Source: Candidatus Methylomirabilis oxygeniifera (GTDB lineage: Bacteria > Methylomirabilota > Methylomirabilia > Methylomirabilales > Methylomirabilaceae). From it: DNA of 32,000 nucleotides. The notes under the pieces were generated by a model, which saw nothing but the letters and a program-made list of their open reading frames with translations, did not search any database and was not told the DNA's origin. Location of the stretch: positions 300,001-332,000 of the forward strand of contig FP565575.1 in assembly GCA_000091165.1 (NCBI GenBank), written 5' to 3'. The translations under genes were made by a program, and so were the position numbers. Positions 1-8,201 of this stretch are shown here, piece after piece (the stretch's first letter is position 1; each line of letters begins with the position of its first letter).

Positions 1-360
1 CGGATAAGCGGGCTGGAACGGCACCTGCGACTGCTCAATCCGATTGAACAGATTCGAATGCAGCGGCGTTCCCTGACGGAGCGTTGGAAGGCCCTGACGG
101 CTCTCGCCGATCGGCGATTGACGATGCTCCACGGCGAGCTGAAGGCAGCCGTCGGCAAGCTGGATGCGTTGAGCCCGCTGGCGATCCTCCATCGAGGCTA
201 CAGTATCTGCCTTCGGCTTCCCGACCATGAGATTGTGAAAGACAGCTCGACGGTCGTTGCGGGTGATCTCGTTGAGGTTCGCCTCCATCGTGGCCGGTTG
301 CGGTGCGACGTCCGTGAGGTCCAGGCCCCTACACCCTACACCCTACACCCTACACCCTAA
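1..360 (+). CDS. xseA: Exodeoxyribonuclease VII large subunit, C-terminal part (5' end outside window)
   Basis: Frame 1 is open from base 1. LDALSPLAILHRGYSI...VVAGDLVEVRLHRGRL resembles the XseA C-terminus, and xseB follows directly. The last codons (PYTLHPTP) and the TAA stop come from a (CCCTACA)4 array. Confidence 0.85.
   Translation, partial: RISGLERHLRLLNPIEQIRMQRRSLTERWKALTALADRRLTMLHGELKAAVGKLDALSPLAILHRGYSICLRLPDHEIVKDSSTVVAGDLVEVRLHRGRLRCDVREVQAPTPYTLHPTP
327..360. repeat. (CCCTACA)4 + CCCTAA perfect heptamer array forming the 3' end and stop codon of xseA
   Basis: Counted directly: units at 327, 334, 341, 348, then CCCTAA 355-360. Confidence 0.95.
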
Positions 361-379
361 CCTGTCGGTGGATGCAGAT

Positions 380-631
380 ATGGCGGACGAGGTACCATTT
401 GAAGAGGCTCTCAAGCAGCTCGATGCCATTGTCTCACGGCTCGAGGTCGGAGACCTTCCGCTTGAGGAGGCGTTATCGATCTTCGAGGAAGGGGTCCGGT
501 TAACCAAGTTCTGCTCGGCCCGGCTGAGCGAAGCCGAGCAGCGGGTCAATATCCTGGTCCGCAGCGCCGAATCCTCCTCCAGCAGATTTGAAGAACAGCC
601 GTTTGAGGAGGAGGGCGAGGAAGAGTTGTGA
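380..631 (+). CDS. xseB: Exodeoxyribonuclease VII small subunit
   Basis: MADEVPFEEALKQLDAIVSRLEVGDLPLEEALSIFEEGVRLTKFC is a typical XseB. ATG at 380; the ORF-track start at 257 overlaps xseA and reads through the heptamer array. Confidence 0.9.
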   Translation: MADEVPFEEALKQLDAIVSRLEVGDLPLEEALSIFEEGVRLTKFCSARLSEAEQRVNILVRSAESSSSRFEEQPFEEEGEEEL

Positions 632-641
632 GGAGGAATCC

Positions 642-1580
642 TTGACGCCGGAAGAGTTGAGACGATACCTGGACGAGCGGCGGCTGCTGGTCGACGAGGC
701 TCTGGAGCAGTATCTTCCTCAGGCGAGCGACCCTCCGAAGGAGATCCATGAGGCGGTTCGCTATAGTGTCTTTGCAGGGGGTAAACGGCTGCGACCGATT
801 CTGATCCTGGCGGCGACAGAGGCGGCGGGCGGACAGATGGAACAGGCGCTGGGTGCGGCGGCAGCCATCGAGATGATTCACACCTACTCCCTGATTCACG
901 ACGACCTTCCGGCTATGGATGACGATGACTATCGCCGTGGGCGATTGACCTGTCATAAGGTCTACGGTGAGGCGATGGCCATTCTGGCGGGCGATGCGTT
1001 GCTGACGCAAGCGTTCATCCTTCTGTCGGCAGAAAACCCCCCGTGCCCCCCTTTAGCAAAGGGGGGGTGGGGGGATTTGAAGGGGGTGTATGATTCGGAG
1101 GCCCGCCTCATGGTGATCCGGGAAATCGCCGAGGCTGCGGGCAGCAAGGGGATGGTCGGCGGCCAAGTCGTGGATATGCTGCAAGAGGATCGGGAGATCG
1201 ATCTGCCGACGCTCACGTATCTGCACGAGCACAAGACCGGCGCCCTGATCCGGGTGTGCCTGCGCGTGGGAGGCATTCTTGCGTCGGCCGGATCGGAGCA
1301 GATGGAGGCCCTCACCCGCTATGGCGAGCGGATCGGACTCGCCTTTCAGATCGTAGACGATATCCTGGATCTGGAAGGGAGCCTGGAGGTCTTGGGCAAA
1401 CAGGCCGGAAGCGATCTCCGCAAGAAGAAGGCGACCTTTCCGGCGCTGCTTGGGATCGAGGAGTCGCGGCGATGGGCTCATCGATTGGTATCGGAAGCGC
1501 AGGAGGCCGTGGCCGTCTTTGGCGACCGCGGGGTGGCGCTGCAGGCGATTGCCGAGTTCGTTGTCATGCGCCGGGGGTGA
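642..1580 (+). CDS. ispA: Polyprenyl (farnesyl/geranylgeranyl) diphosphate synthase carrying an in-frame palindromic-element insertion
   Basis: First and second aspartate-rich motifs are present (LIHDDLPAMDDDDYRRG; FQIVDDILD), plus GQ..D and KTGAL. Likely start is TTG 642, 5 nt after AGGAGG (631-636); the track start 588 overlaps xseB. Start is uncertain. Confidence 0.88.
   Translation: MTPEELRRYLDERRLLVDEALEQYLPQASDPPKEIHEAVRYSVFAGGKRLRPILILAATEAAGGQMEQALGAAAAIEMIHTYSLIHDDLPAMDDDDYRRGRLTCHKVYGEAMAILAGDALLTQAFILLSAENPPCPPLAKGGWGDLKGVYDSEARLMVIREIAEAAGSKGMVGGQVVDMLQEDREIDLPTLTYLHEHKTGALIRVCLRVGGILASAGSEQMEALTRYGERIGLAFQIVDDILDLEGSLEVLGKQAGSDLRKKKATFPALLGIEESRRWAHRLVSEAQEAVAVFGDRGVALQAIAEFVVMRRG
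1033..1078. repeat. GC-rich palindromic element, copy 1 (AAAACCCCCCGTGCCCCCC-TTTAGCAAA-GGGGGGGTGGGGGGATTT), inside the ispA CDS
   Basis: Imperfect inverted repeat seen directly. About 80% identical to, and the same length as, the copy at 9600-9645. Translated in frame as NPPCPPLAKGGWGDL. Confidence 0.8.
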
Positions 1581-1607
1581 TGGAACATCACGAACCCTGT
1601 CCTCAGC

Positions 1608-2492
1608 ATGGTCGAAGGATCGGTTCAGATGGCCCCATCGGTTGTTGACTGCCCAGCAGGTAGAAGAGTCAAGCGGGTCCGACTGGACCTTGCCGTGCAG
1701 ACACAAGGTCTGACGGCAAGCCGCGAGCGGGCCAGGGCGCTTATTCTTGCCGGCCAGGTGCTGGTCGATGACCGCATGGTGGACAAGGCGGGGACCCTGG
1801 TAGCGGAAGACGCGCGGATTGCGCTCAAGACCCCCGAACATCCGTACGTGGGGCGCGGGGGCGTCAAGCTTCACGGCGCGCTGGAGCAGTTCGTCATCTC
1901 CGTAACCGGTCGCGTCTGCCTCGACCTGGGCGCATCGACGGGGGGATTTACCGACTGCCTGCTTCAGCATGGTGCCGCTCGCGTCTATGCCGTCGATGTC
2001 GGACGCGGGCAACTCGACGTGAAACTCAGGGCTGATCCACGGGTCACCGTCATGGAACGAACTCATGCGCTTACCCTTCTACCGACCAACTTTCCGGATC
2101 GGCCGGATTTCGCAACCGTAGACCTTTCGTTTATTTCTCTGACCTCGATTCTTCCGGTTCTCCCCTCGCTGCTTGCTGATTCCGGTGACATCCTGGCGCT
2201 GATTAAACCGCAATTTGAGGTCGGCAAAGGTCATGTCGGGAAGGGGGGTGTCGTTCGCGACCCACAGGCGCATCGGCTGGTCATGACGAAGGTCGGCAGA
2301 CGAGCCGTCGAATTGGGGCTCCGGATCCTTGGAGCCGCCCCTTCCTGCCTGCTCGGGCCCAAGGGTAACCGCGAGTTTTTCATTCACCTCAGCAAGATTG
2401 GGACCGGTGTCACGCCGGAGGAAGCGGCCGAACAGGCCGTAAGAACCTGTCTGGGTGCTCATCCACCCTATACCCCAAACCCCACACCCTAA
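1608..2492 (+). CDS. tlyA: TlyA-family rRNA 2'-O-methyltransferase (S4 domain + FtsJ-like methyltransferase)
   Basis: RLDLAVQTQGLTASRERARALILAGQVLVD is S4-like. VCLDLGASTGGFTDCLLQHGAARVYAVDVG is a SAM-binding motif. The C-terminal tail HPPYTPNPTP and the stop come from a heptamer array. Confidence 0.88.
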   Translation: MVEGSVQMAPSVVDCPAGRRVKRVRLDLAVQTQGLTASRERARALILAGQVLVDDRMVDKAGTLVAEDARIALKTPEHPYVGRGGVKLHGALEQFVISVTGRVCLDLGASTGGFTDCLLQHGAARVYAVDVGRGQLDVKLRADPRVTVMERTHALTLLPTNFPDRPDFATVDLSFISLTSILPVLPSLLADSGDILALIKPQFEVGKGHVGKGGVVRDPQAHRLVMTKVGRRAVELGLRILGAAPSCLLGPKGNREFFIHLSKIGTGVTPEEAAEQAVRTCLGAHPPYTPNPTP

Positions 2493-2506
2493 ACCCTATA
2501 CCCTGA
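2465..2506. repeat. Six degenerate heptamers (ACCCTAT ACCCCAA ACCCCAC ACCCTAA ACCCTAT ACCCTGA) spanning the tlyA stop codon
   Basis: Counted directly. The tlyA TAA (2490-2492) lies inside the array. Confidence 0.9.
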
Positions 2507-2514
2507 GGGGGCCT

Positions 2515-3369
2515 ATGAAACGGATCGGCATCATCGCCAAGCTCCATAAGCCGGAGGCCCGAGCTATTCTTCAGGAGTTGCTGCCGTGGCTTACGGCCAG
2601 GGGTGTGGAAGCGGTACCGGATGAAGAGACGGCCAAATTAGCCGGGATGGCCGGCGCTCAGCCGAAGCCTGATCTGCCCGGGCTGGTAGATCTTCTGCTG
2701 GTCCTGGGAGGCGACGGAACGCTCCTGTCGGTCGCGCGTCTGGCAGGGACGCGTGACGTGCCGATCCTGGGAGTCAATCTCGGCGGCCTCGGGTTTTTGA
2801 CCGAGGTCACACTGGAGGAGATCTACTCAACCCTGGAGGCTGTGTTGCAGGGCACCTATGAGGTGACTCAGCGGATCCTGCTGACCGCGACGGTCTACCG
2901 GCAGGGAGAGCGGATCGCCGAGTATGTCGCCCTCAATGACGCGGTTATTAACAAGGGTGTACTGGCCCGAATGATCGAGTTGGAGACCTACATCGACGGG
3001 CAATATGTGACGACCTTCCGCGCCGACGGTCTTATTCTTTCTACTCCGACCGGCTCCACCGCCTACTGCCTGGCCGCCGGTGGGCCGATCGTCTATCCGA
3101 CCCTTCGCGCCCTCGTCGTGACCCCGATCTGCCCTCATACGCTTACCCTCCGTCCAATTGTTATCCCGGACACTGCGAAGATCGAGATCGTCCAGAGTTC
3201 GACGGACGAGAACACCTGTCTGACCATGGACGGCCAGGTCGGATTTACTCTTCGCCACCGCGACGTGATCAAGGTCGTTCGCTCAGATCACACCATCACG
3301 TTGCTTAAGGCGCCCGGGAAAGACTACTTCCAGATCCTTCGCACAAAGCTGAAATGGGGCGAGCGGTAG
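2515..3369 (+). CDS. nadK: NAD+ kinase
   Basis: Contains LVLGGDGTLL (GGDG motif), NLGGLGFL, DGLILSTPTGSTAY. ATG at 2515 (MKRIGIIAK); the ORF-track N-terminal extension from 2455 is translated heptamer array. Confidence 0.9.
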   Translation: MKRIGIIAKLHKPEARAILQELLPWLTARGVEAVPDEETAKLAGMAGAQPKPDLPGLVDLLLVLGGDGTLLSVARLAGTRDVPILGVNLGGLGFLTEVTLEEIYSTLEAVLQGTYEVTQRILLTATVYRQGERIAEYVALNDAVINKGVLARMIELETYIDGQYVTTFRADGLILSTPTGSTAYCLAAGGPIVYPTLRALVVTPICPHTLTLRPIVIPDTAKIEIVQSSTDENTCLTMDGQVGFTLRHRDVIKVVRSDHTITLLKAPGKDYFQILRTKLKWGER

Positions 3370-3372
3370 GCC

Positions 3373-5088
3373 GTGCTCCGTGAGCTGTGTATTACGAATT
3401 TCGCCTTGATCGACGAACTCCGTGTGGAGTTCGGTCCCGGCTTGAACGTGCTCACCGGCGAGACCGGCGCGGGGAAGTCGATCATCATCGATGCGTTGGG
3501 GCTTGCGCTGGGAATGCGGGGCGAGGCGGAGCAGATCCGCACCGGGACCGACGGGGCGACGGTGGAAGCGGCGTTCGATGGCTGCGATGAGGCGGCTCGC
3601 GGGCTGCTCGCCGAAAGCGGGATTGAGTGTCCGCCGGATGAGTTCCTGATCGTGCGGCGCGTACTCCTGCGAGAGGGCAAGAGTAAGGCCTACTTGAACG
3701 GCAGGCTCTCGTCATCGGCGTGGCTTCGGAGTCTCGGCGACCTCCTGGTCGACGTCCATGGCCAGCACCAGGGGGTTGCGCTGAGTCAGCCGTCCCGCCA
3801 GCGGCTGCTCCTCGACGCCTACGCCGGTCTGATAGGCGATGTGGCGGCCTTCCGCACGGTGTATAACAGGCGGCAGACTCTGAGGGCGGAACTGGACGCA
3901 CTCCGCGCGGGCGAGCGGGAGAAGGTGCAGCGTCTTGACCAGCTCCAGTATCAGCGGGGAGAGATCGCTGCCGCACGACTCATCGATGGGGAGGAGGAAG
4001 CGCTCGTTCAGGAGCGGACGATTCTCCTACACGCCGAGCGACTGCACGCAGCGGCGCACCTGGGCTACGAGGGACTGTATGGCGAGCAAGGCGCAGTGGC
4101 GGGTCGGCTGGCGGCGATCGTGTCCAAGCTGAAGGATGCGCAGCGTATCGATCCGAGGCTGCAAGGGGTAGTTGATGCGTGCGAGGCGGCCGTCGCGTCC
4201 ATTGAGGATGCCGCCGCCCAACTCAGAGACTATAGAGAGGATGTAGCCTTTGACCCTGAGCGGCTGGAGCAGGTGGAGGGCCGTTTGCATGAGATCGGTA
4301 AACTGAAGCGGAAATACGGTAGCTCGATTGCCGAGATTCTCGCCTATGCGACCTCGATTGACGAGGAGTTGCAGCGTCTCACGAGTTCAGAGGAGCGGGG
4401 TCAGCGGGTTGAACGGGAACTGGCGACACTGGACGAGACGCTCGCGCAGCGCGCGGCCGACCTCACCGCGCGCCGGAAGGCGGCGGCCGAGCGGCTGGCC
4501 ATAGCGGTACAGGAGGAGTTGCAGGCCCTGAAGATGGAGAAGGCGGTATTTGCCGTCCAGGTCAGGCCTCACCCTGGGTCCGATGGCTTCGCTCTGCAAG
4601 CGTACGGAGCGGACGAGGTGGAGTTCCTGATCACTCCGAATCCCGGTGAAGCATTGAAGCCGCTGGGCCGTATCGCCTCCGGCGGTGAACTGTCACGGGT
4701 GATGCTGGCCGTCAAGGCAATCCTGGCGGCCTCAGATCAGATTCCGACGCTGATCTTTGATGAGGTGGACGTGGGGATCGGCGGTGGGATGGCCGCAGTG
4801 GTAGGCCAGAAGCTCTTGGCTATCGCAGCAGAGCGGCAGGTCCTCTCCATCACGCACCTGCCGCAGATTGCGGCCCTGGCCGATCGCCATTTTTCGATTG
4901 TCAAACGCACCGACGGGCCCCGCACGGAAATTGCCGTCCAGGTGCTGGATGGTGAAGAACGGGTCCGCGAAATTGCCAGGATGCTTGGCGCCAAGGGGCG
5001 ATCAGACGCTCCCCTGCACCATGCTCAGGAAATATTGGATACCGCCAGTCGGTGGAAGGCTTCAAGGGCGCCAGGCGCTTCTACTTGA
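3373..5088 (+). CDS. recN: DNA repair protein RecN
   Basis: GTG start. Walker A LTGETGAGKSIIIDAL, long coiled-coil middle region, signature SGGELSRVMLA, Walker B LIFDEVDVGIGG. Confidence 0.93.
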   Translation: MLRELCITNFALIDELRVEFGPGLNVLTGETGAGKSIIIDALGLALGMRGEAEQIRTGTDGATVEAAFDGCDEAARGLLAESGIECPPDEFLIVRRVLLREGKSKAYLNGRLSSSAWLRSLGDLLVDVHGQHQGVALSQPSRQRLLLDAYAGLIGDVAAFRTVYNRRQTLRAELDALRAGEREKVQRLDQLQYQRGEIAAARLIDGEEEALVQERTILLHAERLHAAAHLGYEGLYGEQGAVAGRLAAIVSKLKDAQRIDPRLQGVVDACEAAVASIEDAAAQLRDYREDVAFDPERLEQVEGRLHEIGKLKRKYGSSIAEILAYATSIDEELQRLTSSEERGQRVERELATLDETLAQRAADLTARRKAAAERLAIAVQEELQALKMEKAVFAVQVRPHPGSDGFALQAYGADEVEFLITPNPGEALKPLGRIASGGELSRVMLAVKAILAASDQIPTLIFDEVDVGIGGGMAAVVGQKLLAIAAERQVLSITHLPQIAALADRHFSIVKRTDGPRTEIAVQVLDGEERVREIARMLGAKGRSDAPLHHAQEILDTASRWKASRAPGAST

Positions 5089-5113
5089 CAGGAGGGTGCA
5101 GGCCGTTTATAGT
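5085..5113 (+). promoter_or_regulatory. Sigma70-type promoter candidate for rplU-rpmA-obg (TTGACA-17 nt-TATAGT)
   Basis: TTGACA at 5085-5090, a 17-nt spacer, TATAGT at 5108-5113, about 90 nt upstream of rplU. A GGAGGCC-GTC-GGCCTCC hairpin lies in the leader at 5146-5162. Confidence 0.55.
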
Positions 5114-5201
5114 ACCGTACGGGTTAATATCCCTAACTTCGCGAGGGAGGCCGTCGGCCTCCTTGCTCTGTTTAGTGGCGTCGATTGAGGAGGACTGAAT
5201 C

Positions 5202-5513
5202 GTGTATGCAATTATTGAGTCGGGAGGCAAGCAACGCCGCGTCAGCCCCGGCGCGCTTGTGACCCTCGAAAAGATTGAGGGTGAGGCGGGGAAACAAGTC
5301 GAGCTGTCGAACGTTCTGATGGTGGCTGACGGCGACCAGGTGAAGATCGGCGCCCCCTATGTACAAGGCGCTGCCGTCGTCAGTGAGATCGTCCGGCAGG
5401 GGCGTGGACCCAAGGTTATGATCTTCAAGTTCAAACGGCGAAAGCGCTATCGGCGCACGCAGGGCCATCGCCAGGCGCAGACCACGTTGCGAATCACAGA
5501 GATTAAGGGATAG
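5202..5513 (+). CDS. rplU: 50S ribosomal protein L21
   Basis: MYAIIESGGKQRRV...KFKRRKRYRRTQGHRQ. GTG start preceded by GAGGAGG. Confidence 0.95.
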   Translation: MYAIIESGGKQRRVSPGALVTLEKIEGEAGKQVELSNVLMVADGDQVKIGAPYVQGAAVVSEIVRQGRGPKVMIFKFKRRKRYRRTQGHRQAQTTLRITEIKG

Positions 5514-5587
5514 GGTAAAAGGTATAGGGTCTAAGGGTCAGGCTAAAGGATTTTTTCTATACCCTACACGCTAGACCCTCCACCCTG
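5507..5587. repeat. Heptamer array, family A: G-rich arm (GGGATAGGGTAAAAGGTATAGGGTCTAAGGGTCAGG), spacer, C-rich arm (TATACCCTACACGCTAGACCCTCCACCCTG)
   Basis: 7-nt periodicity of GGG and CCC read directly. Fills the rplU-rpmA gap. Confidence 0.85.
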
Positions 5588-5602
5588 TATTTTGGAGGAG
5601 CA

Positions 5603-5857
5603 ATGGCACATAAAAAAGGGATGGGAAGCTCCCGGAATGGCCGGGATAGCCAAAGTCAGCGACTGGGCATGAAGGCTGCTGCAGGGCAGACCGTACCGGC
5701 CGGCAGTATTCTAATCCGCCAGCGTGGTACTCGCTTCAAACCGGGTAAGAATGTCGGGATCGGCTCTGACGATACACTGTTTGCCAAAGTGTCCGGAGTC
5801 GTCACGGTCGAGCACCGCGGAGGACAAGGTCGTTTCCTCAGCGTCATCGGCGGCTAA
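5603..5857 (+). CDS. rpmA: 50S ribosomal protein L27
   Basis: [22 protein letters not shown]...[15 protein letters not shown]. Confidence 0.95.
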   Translation: MAHKKGMGSSRNGRDSQSQRLGMKAAAGQTVPAGSILIRQRGTRFKPGKNVGIGSDDTLFAKVSGVVTVEHRGGQGRFLSVIGG

Positions 5858-5858
5858 T

Positions 5859-5930
5859 GGATAGGGTGTAGAGGGATAGTGTGGAGGTGTCAGGGATAGG
5901 TCCTTACTATACCCTACCCCCTATACCCTA
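5859..5930. repeat. Heptamer array, family A: inverted G-rich and C-rich arms, rpmA-obg gap
   Basis: GGATAGGGTGTAGAGGGATAGTGTGGAGGTGTCAGGGATAGG - TCCTTAC - TATACCCTACCCCCTATACCCTA. Confidence 0.85.
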
Positions 5931-5942
5931 TTCTCTCGTATT

Positions 5943-7007
5943 GTGATGTTCGTCGATGAGGCCCGCATTCGTGTGGAGGCAGGCGACGGCGGCCGGGGTT
6001 GCGTCAGCTTCCGGCGCGAGGCGTATGTTCCTCGAGGCGGGCCGGACGGCGGCGACGGCGGCGACGGCGGGAGCGTGTACGTTGTTGCCAGTCGTTCCTA
6101 TCGGACATTGGACGACCAGACGTACCAGCGGCACTATCGAGCCCAGAATGGCGTGCACGGACGCGGCAAGACCATGCACGGTCGGCGCGGCGCTACGCTG
6201 ATCGTCTCAGTTCCGCTTGGTACGGTGGTTGTTGATGACGAGACGGGAGAACTGCTGGGTGACTTGGTTGAAGACGGCGTGCAACTGCTGGTTGCCAGAG
6301 GCGGGAAAGGCGGTCGAGGCAATGCTCGCTTTGCCACCCCGACGCGACAGGCGCCTCGTTACGCCCAGCCCGGTGAATCCGGGCAGAAGCGCCGACTTCA
6401 CCTGACCTTGAAGCTGCTGGCCGATGTCGGTCTGATCGGCCTGCCCAATGCCGGAAAATCGGCTCTGCTGTGCTGTATTTCGGCTGCTCAGTCGAAGGTG
6501 GCCGAGTATCCCTTCACCACGCTGACCCCGCACCTTGGAACCGTCGAAATCGATTCACTGGGCGCCTTCGTGGTGGCCGACATCCCTGGTTTGATCGAGG
6601 GAGCGTCCTCAGGCGCAGGTCTTGGAATCCGTTTTCTGCGGCACATCGAGCGGACCCGCTTGTTAGCGCATGTCATTGATGTCTCCGACACTGCAAGGGA
6701 TCCTCTGGAAGCGTTATCGGTGATCGAAGAAGAACTCCGGGCGTTCAATCCAGAACTGCTGGAGCGCCCTCGCATCATTGCCGCCAACAAGATCGATCTT
6801 CCTCATGACAGGCATCTCTCTGTGTTGCGCGCGCTCTGCGCAGAGCGTGGTCTTCCGCTTTTTCCGCTGTCAGCCATGACGGCCGAGGGGGTTCAACAAC
6901 TCGTCGGACACCTGGCCGATCGGCTCCACGGGAATACGAGGCGCGATGCTCCAGGCGTAGAACCAGAGATCCAATTGAGGGGGGGTATAGACAAACCATG
7001 TTCTTGA
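5943..7007 (+). CDS. obg: GTPase Obg/CgtA
   Basis: FVDEARIRVEAGDGGRGCVSFRRE and a glycine-rich Obg fold. G1 motif GLPNAGKS, G3 motif DIPGLIEGA, NKID. Start is GTG 5943 or ATG 5946. Confidence 0.93.
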   Translation: MMFVDEARIRVEAGDGGRGCVSFRREAYVPRGGPDGGDGGDGGSVYVVASRSYRTLDDQTYQRHYRAQNGVHGRGKTMHGRRGATLIVSVPLGTVVVDDETGELLGDLVEDGVQLLVARGGKGGRGNARFATPTRQAPRYAQPGESGQKRRLHLTLKLLADVGLIGLPNAGKSALLCCISAAQSKVAEYPFTTLTPHLGTVEIDSLGAFVVADIPGLIEGASSGAGLGIRFLRHIERTRLLAHVIDVSDTARDPLEALSVIEEELRAFNPELLERPRIIAANKIDLPHDRHLSVLRALCAERGLPLFPLSAMTAEGVQQLVGHLADRLHGNTRRDAPGVEPEIQLRGGIDKPCS

Positions 7008-7018
7008 CTCTATACCCC
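6982..7018. repeat. Perfect 10-bp inverted repeat of family A units (GGGGTATAGA ... TCTATACCCC) enclosing the obg stop codon
   Basis: Arms at 6982-6991 and 7009-7018. The 17-nt loop contains the TGA at 7005-7007. Confidence 0.8.
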
Positions 7019-7045
7019 GCCTTTTAAACCCTGGCGAGCTGTCCC

Positions 7046-8197
7046 ATGAGTCGCGAAGAAAGATCCTCACCGGATGCTCGGGCCGCCGCGCGTGAGGCAA
7101 GACGACTGGTTGTGAAGGTCGGTTCTGCCGTCCTGTCCAAGGGCGATAGCGCCTTGCACCAGGCCACGTTGGAGCGGATCGCCCGTGAGCTCGTCTGGCT
7201 CAGGAAGAAAGGATGCCAGGTCGTTCTGGTCTCCTCCGGCGCCATTCTGGCAGGGATGGATCGGCTTGGGCTGACCGAGCGGCCAGGAAGCATCCCATTG
7301 AAACAAGCTGCTGCCGCTGTCGGCCAGAGCCTGCTCATGCGTCGTTATGAGGAGATCTTCGCGCCGTATGGCCAGAAACTGGGACAGTTGTTGCTGACCC
7401 AGGACGACTTTCGTTCGCGACACCGGTACCTTAATGCGCGCAATACATTATTCACGCTGCTCCATCTGGGCGTGCTTCCGGTTATCAACGAGAACGATAC
7501 GGTGGCCGTGGACGAGATCAGGTTTGGGGATAATGATCATCTTTCGGCGTTGGTGGCGACGCTGCTCGGGGCGGACCTGCTTGTCATTCTGACCGATCTG
7601 GACGGGCTGTATACGGCTGATCCGCGGAAAGATCCTGACGCGAGGCTCGTCCGTGAGGTGCCCAGACGGTCTGCGTCGCTCCACTTCTGGGCCGACGAGT
7701 CGGGGACCGGGCTCGGAACGGGTGGGATGGTCACAAAGGTGAAAGCGGCTCGCGCGGCGGCGGCTGCCGGCGTCCCTACCATCATTGCGAACGGGCTTGT
7801 GGAGGGGAACCTGGAGCGGATTGTCCATGGCGAGGCGGTCGGCACTCTTTTTCAGGCGTCAGCGTCCAGGATGCGGGGCCGCAAGCGTTGGTTGGCGTTT
7901 GCGACAGCGCGTCGGGGACGGATTACTGTGGATGCCGGGGCCAGGGAGGCGCTGATCCGTAACGGCAAGAGCCTTTTACCCTCCGGGGTCGTCTCGGTCG
8001 ATGGCGGATTTGAGGGGGGCGAGGTGGTGAGCCTCTGTGACATCGACGGCGCAGAGTTCGCGAGGGGCGTGGCAAACTATGACGCCGAACAGATGGAACG
8101 GATCAAGGGTATCAGAACCGACCAGATCGAGGATGTGCTTGGCGCCAAGCCGTTCGATGAAGTAGTGCATCGGGACAACCTTGTGATACTGGTATAA
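7046..8197 (+). CDS. proB: Glutamate 5-kinase (with C-terminal PUA domain)
   Basis: RLVVKVGSAVLS, VVLVSSGAI, INENDTVAVDEIRFGDNDHLSA, and a C-terminal PUA-like GAREALIRNGKSLLPSGV. Confidence 0.93.
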   Translation: MSREERSSPDARAAAREARRLVVKVGSAVLSKGDSALHQATLERIARELVWLRKKGCQVVLVSSGAILAGMDRLGLTERPGSIPLKQAAAAVGQSLLMRRYEEIFAPYGQKLGQLLLTQDDFRSRHRYLNARNTLFTLLHLGVLPVINENDTVAVDEIRFGDNDHLSALVATLLGADLLVILTDLDGLYTADPRKDPDARLVREVPRRSASLHFWADESGTGLGTGGMVTKVKAARAAAAAGVPTIIANGLVEGNLERIVHGEAVGTLFQASASRMRGRKRWLAFATARRGRITVDAGAREALIRNGKSLLPSGVVSVDGGFEGGEVVSLCDIDGAEFARGVANYDAEQMERIKGIRTDQIEDVLGAKPFDEVVHRDNLVILV

Positions 8198-8201
8198 GAA
8201 T

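Noticed and set aside
1581-1607. Absence of dxs between ispA and tlyA, where it sits in the Bacillus-type xseA-xseB-ispA-dxs-tlyA arrangement.
   Set aside because: Gene order varies among phyla. dxs is probably elsewhere in the genome, and there is no scar or remnant in the 27-nt gap.
1053-2066. 337-aa minus-strand ORF antisense to ispA and tlyA. Similar long antisense ORFs occur at 12834-13439, 19918-21186 (422 aa) and 21213-21914.
   Set aside because: They overlap genes with strong family signatures on the + strand. Their products are Arg/Pro/Gly-rich and low in complexity, which is typical of stop-poor antisense frames in GC-rich DNA.
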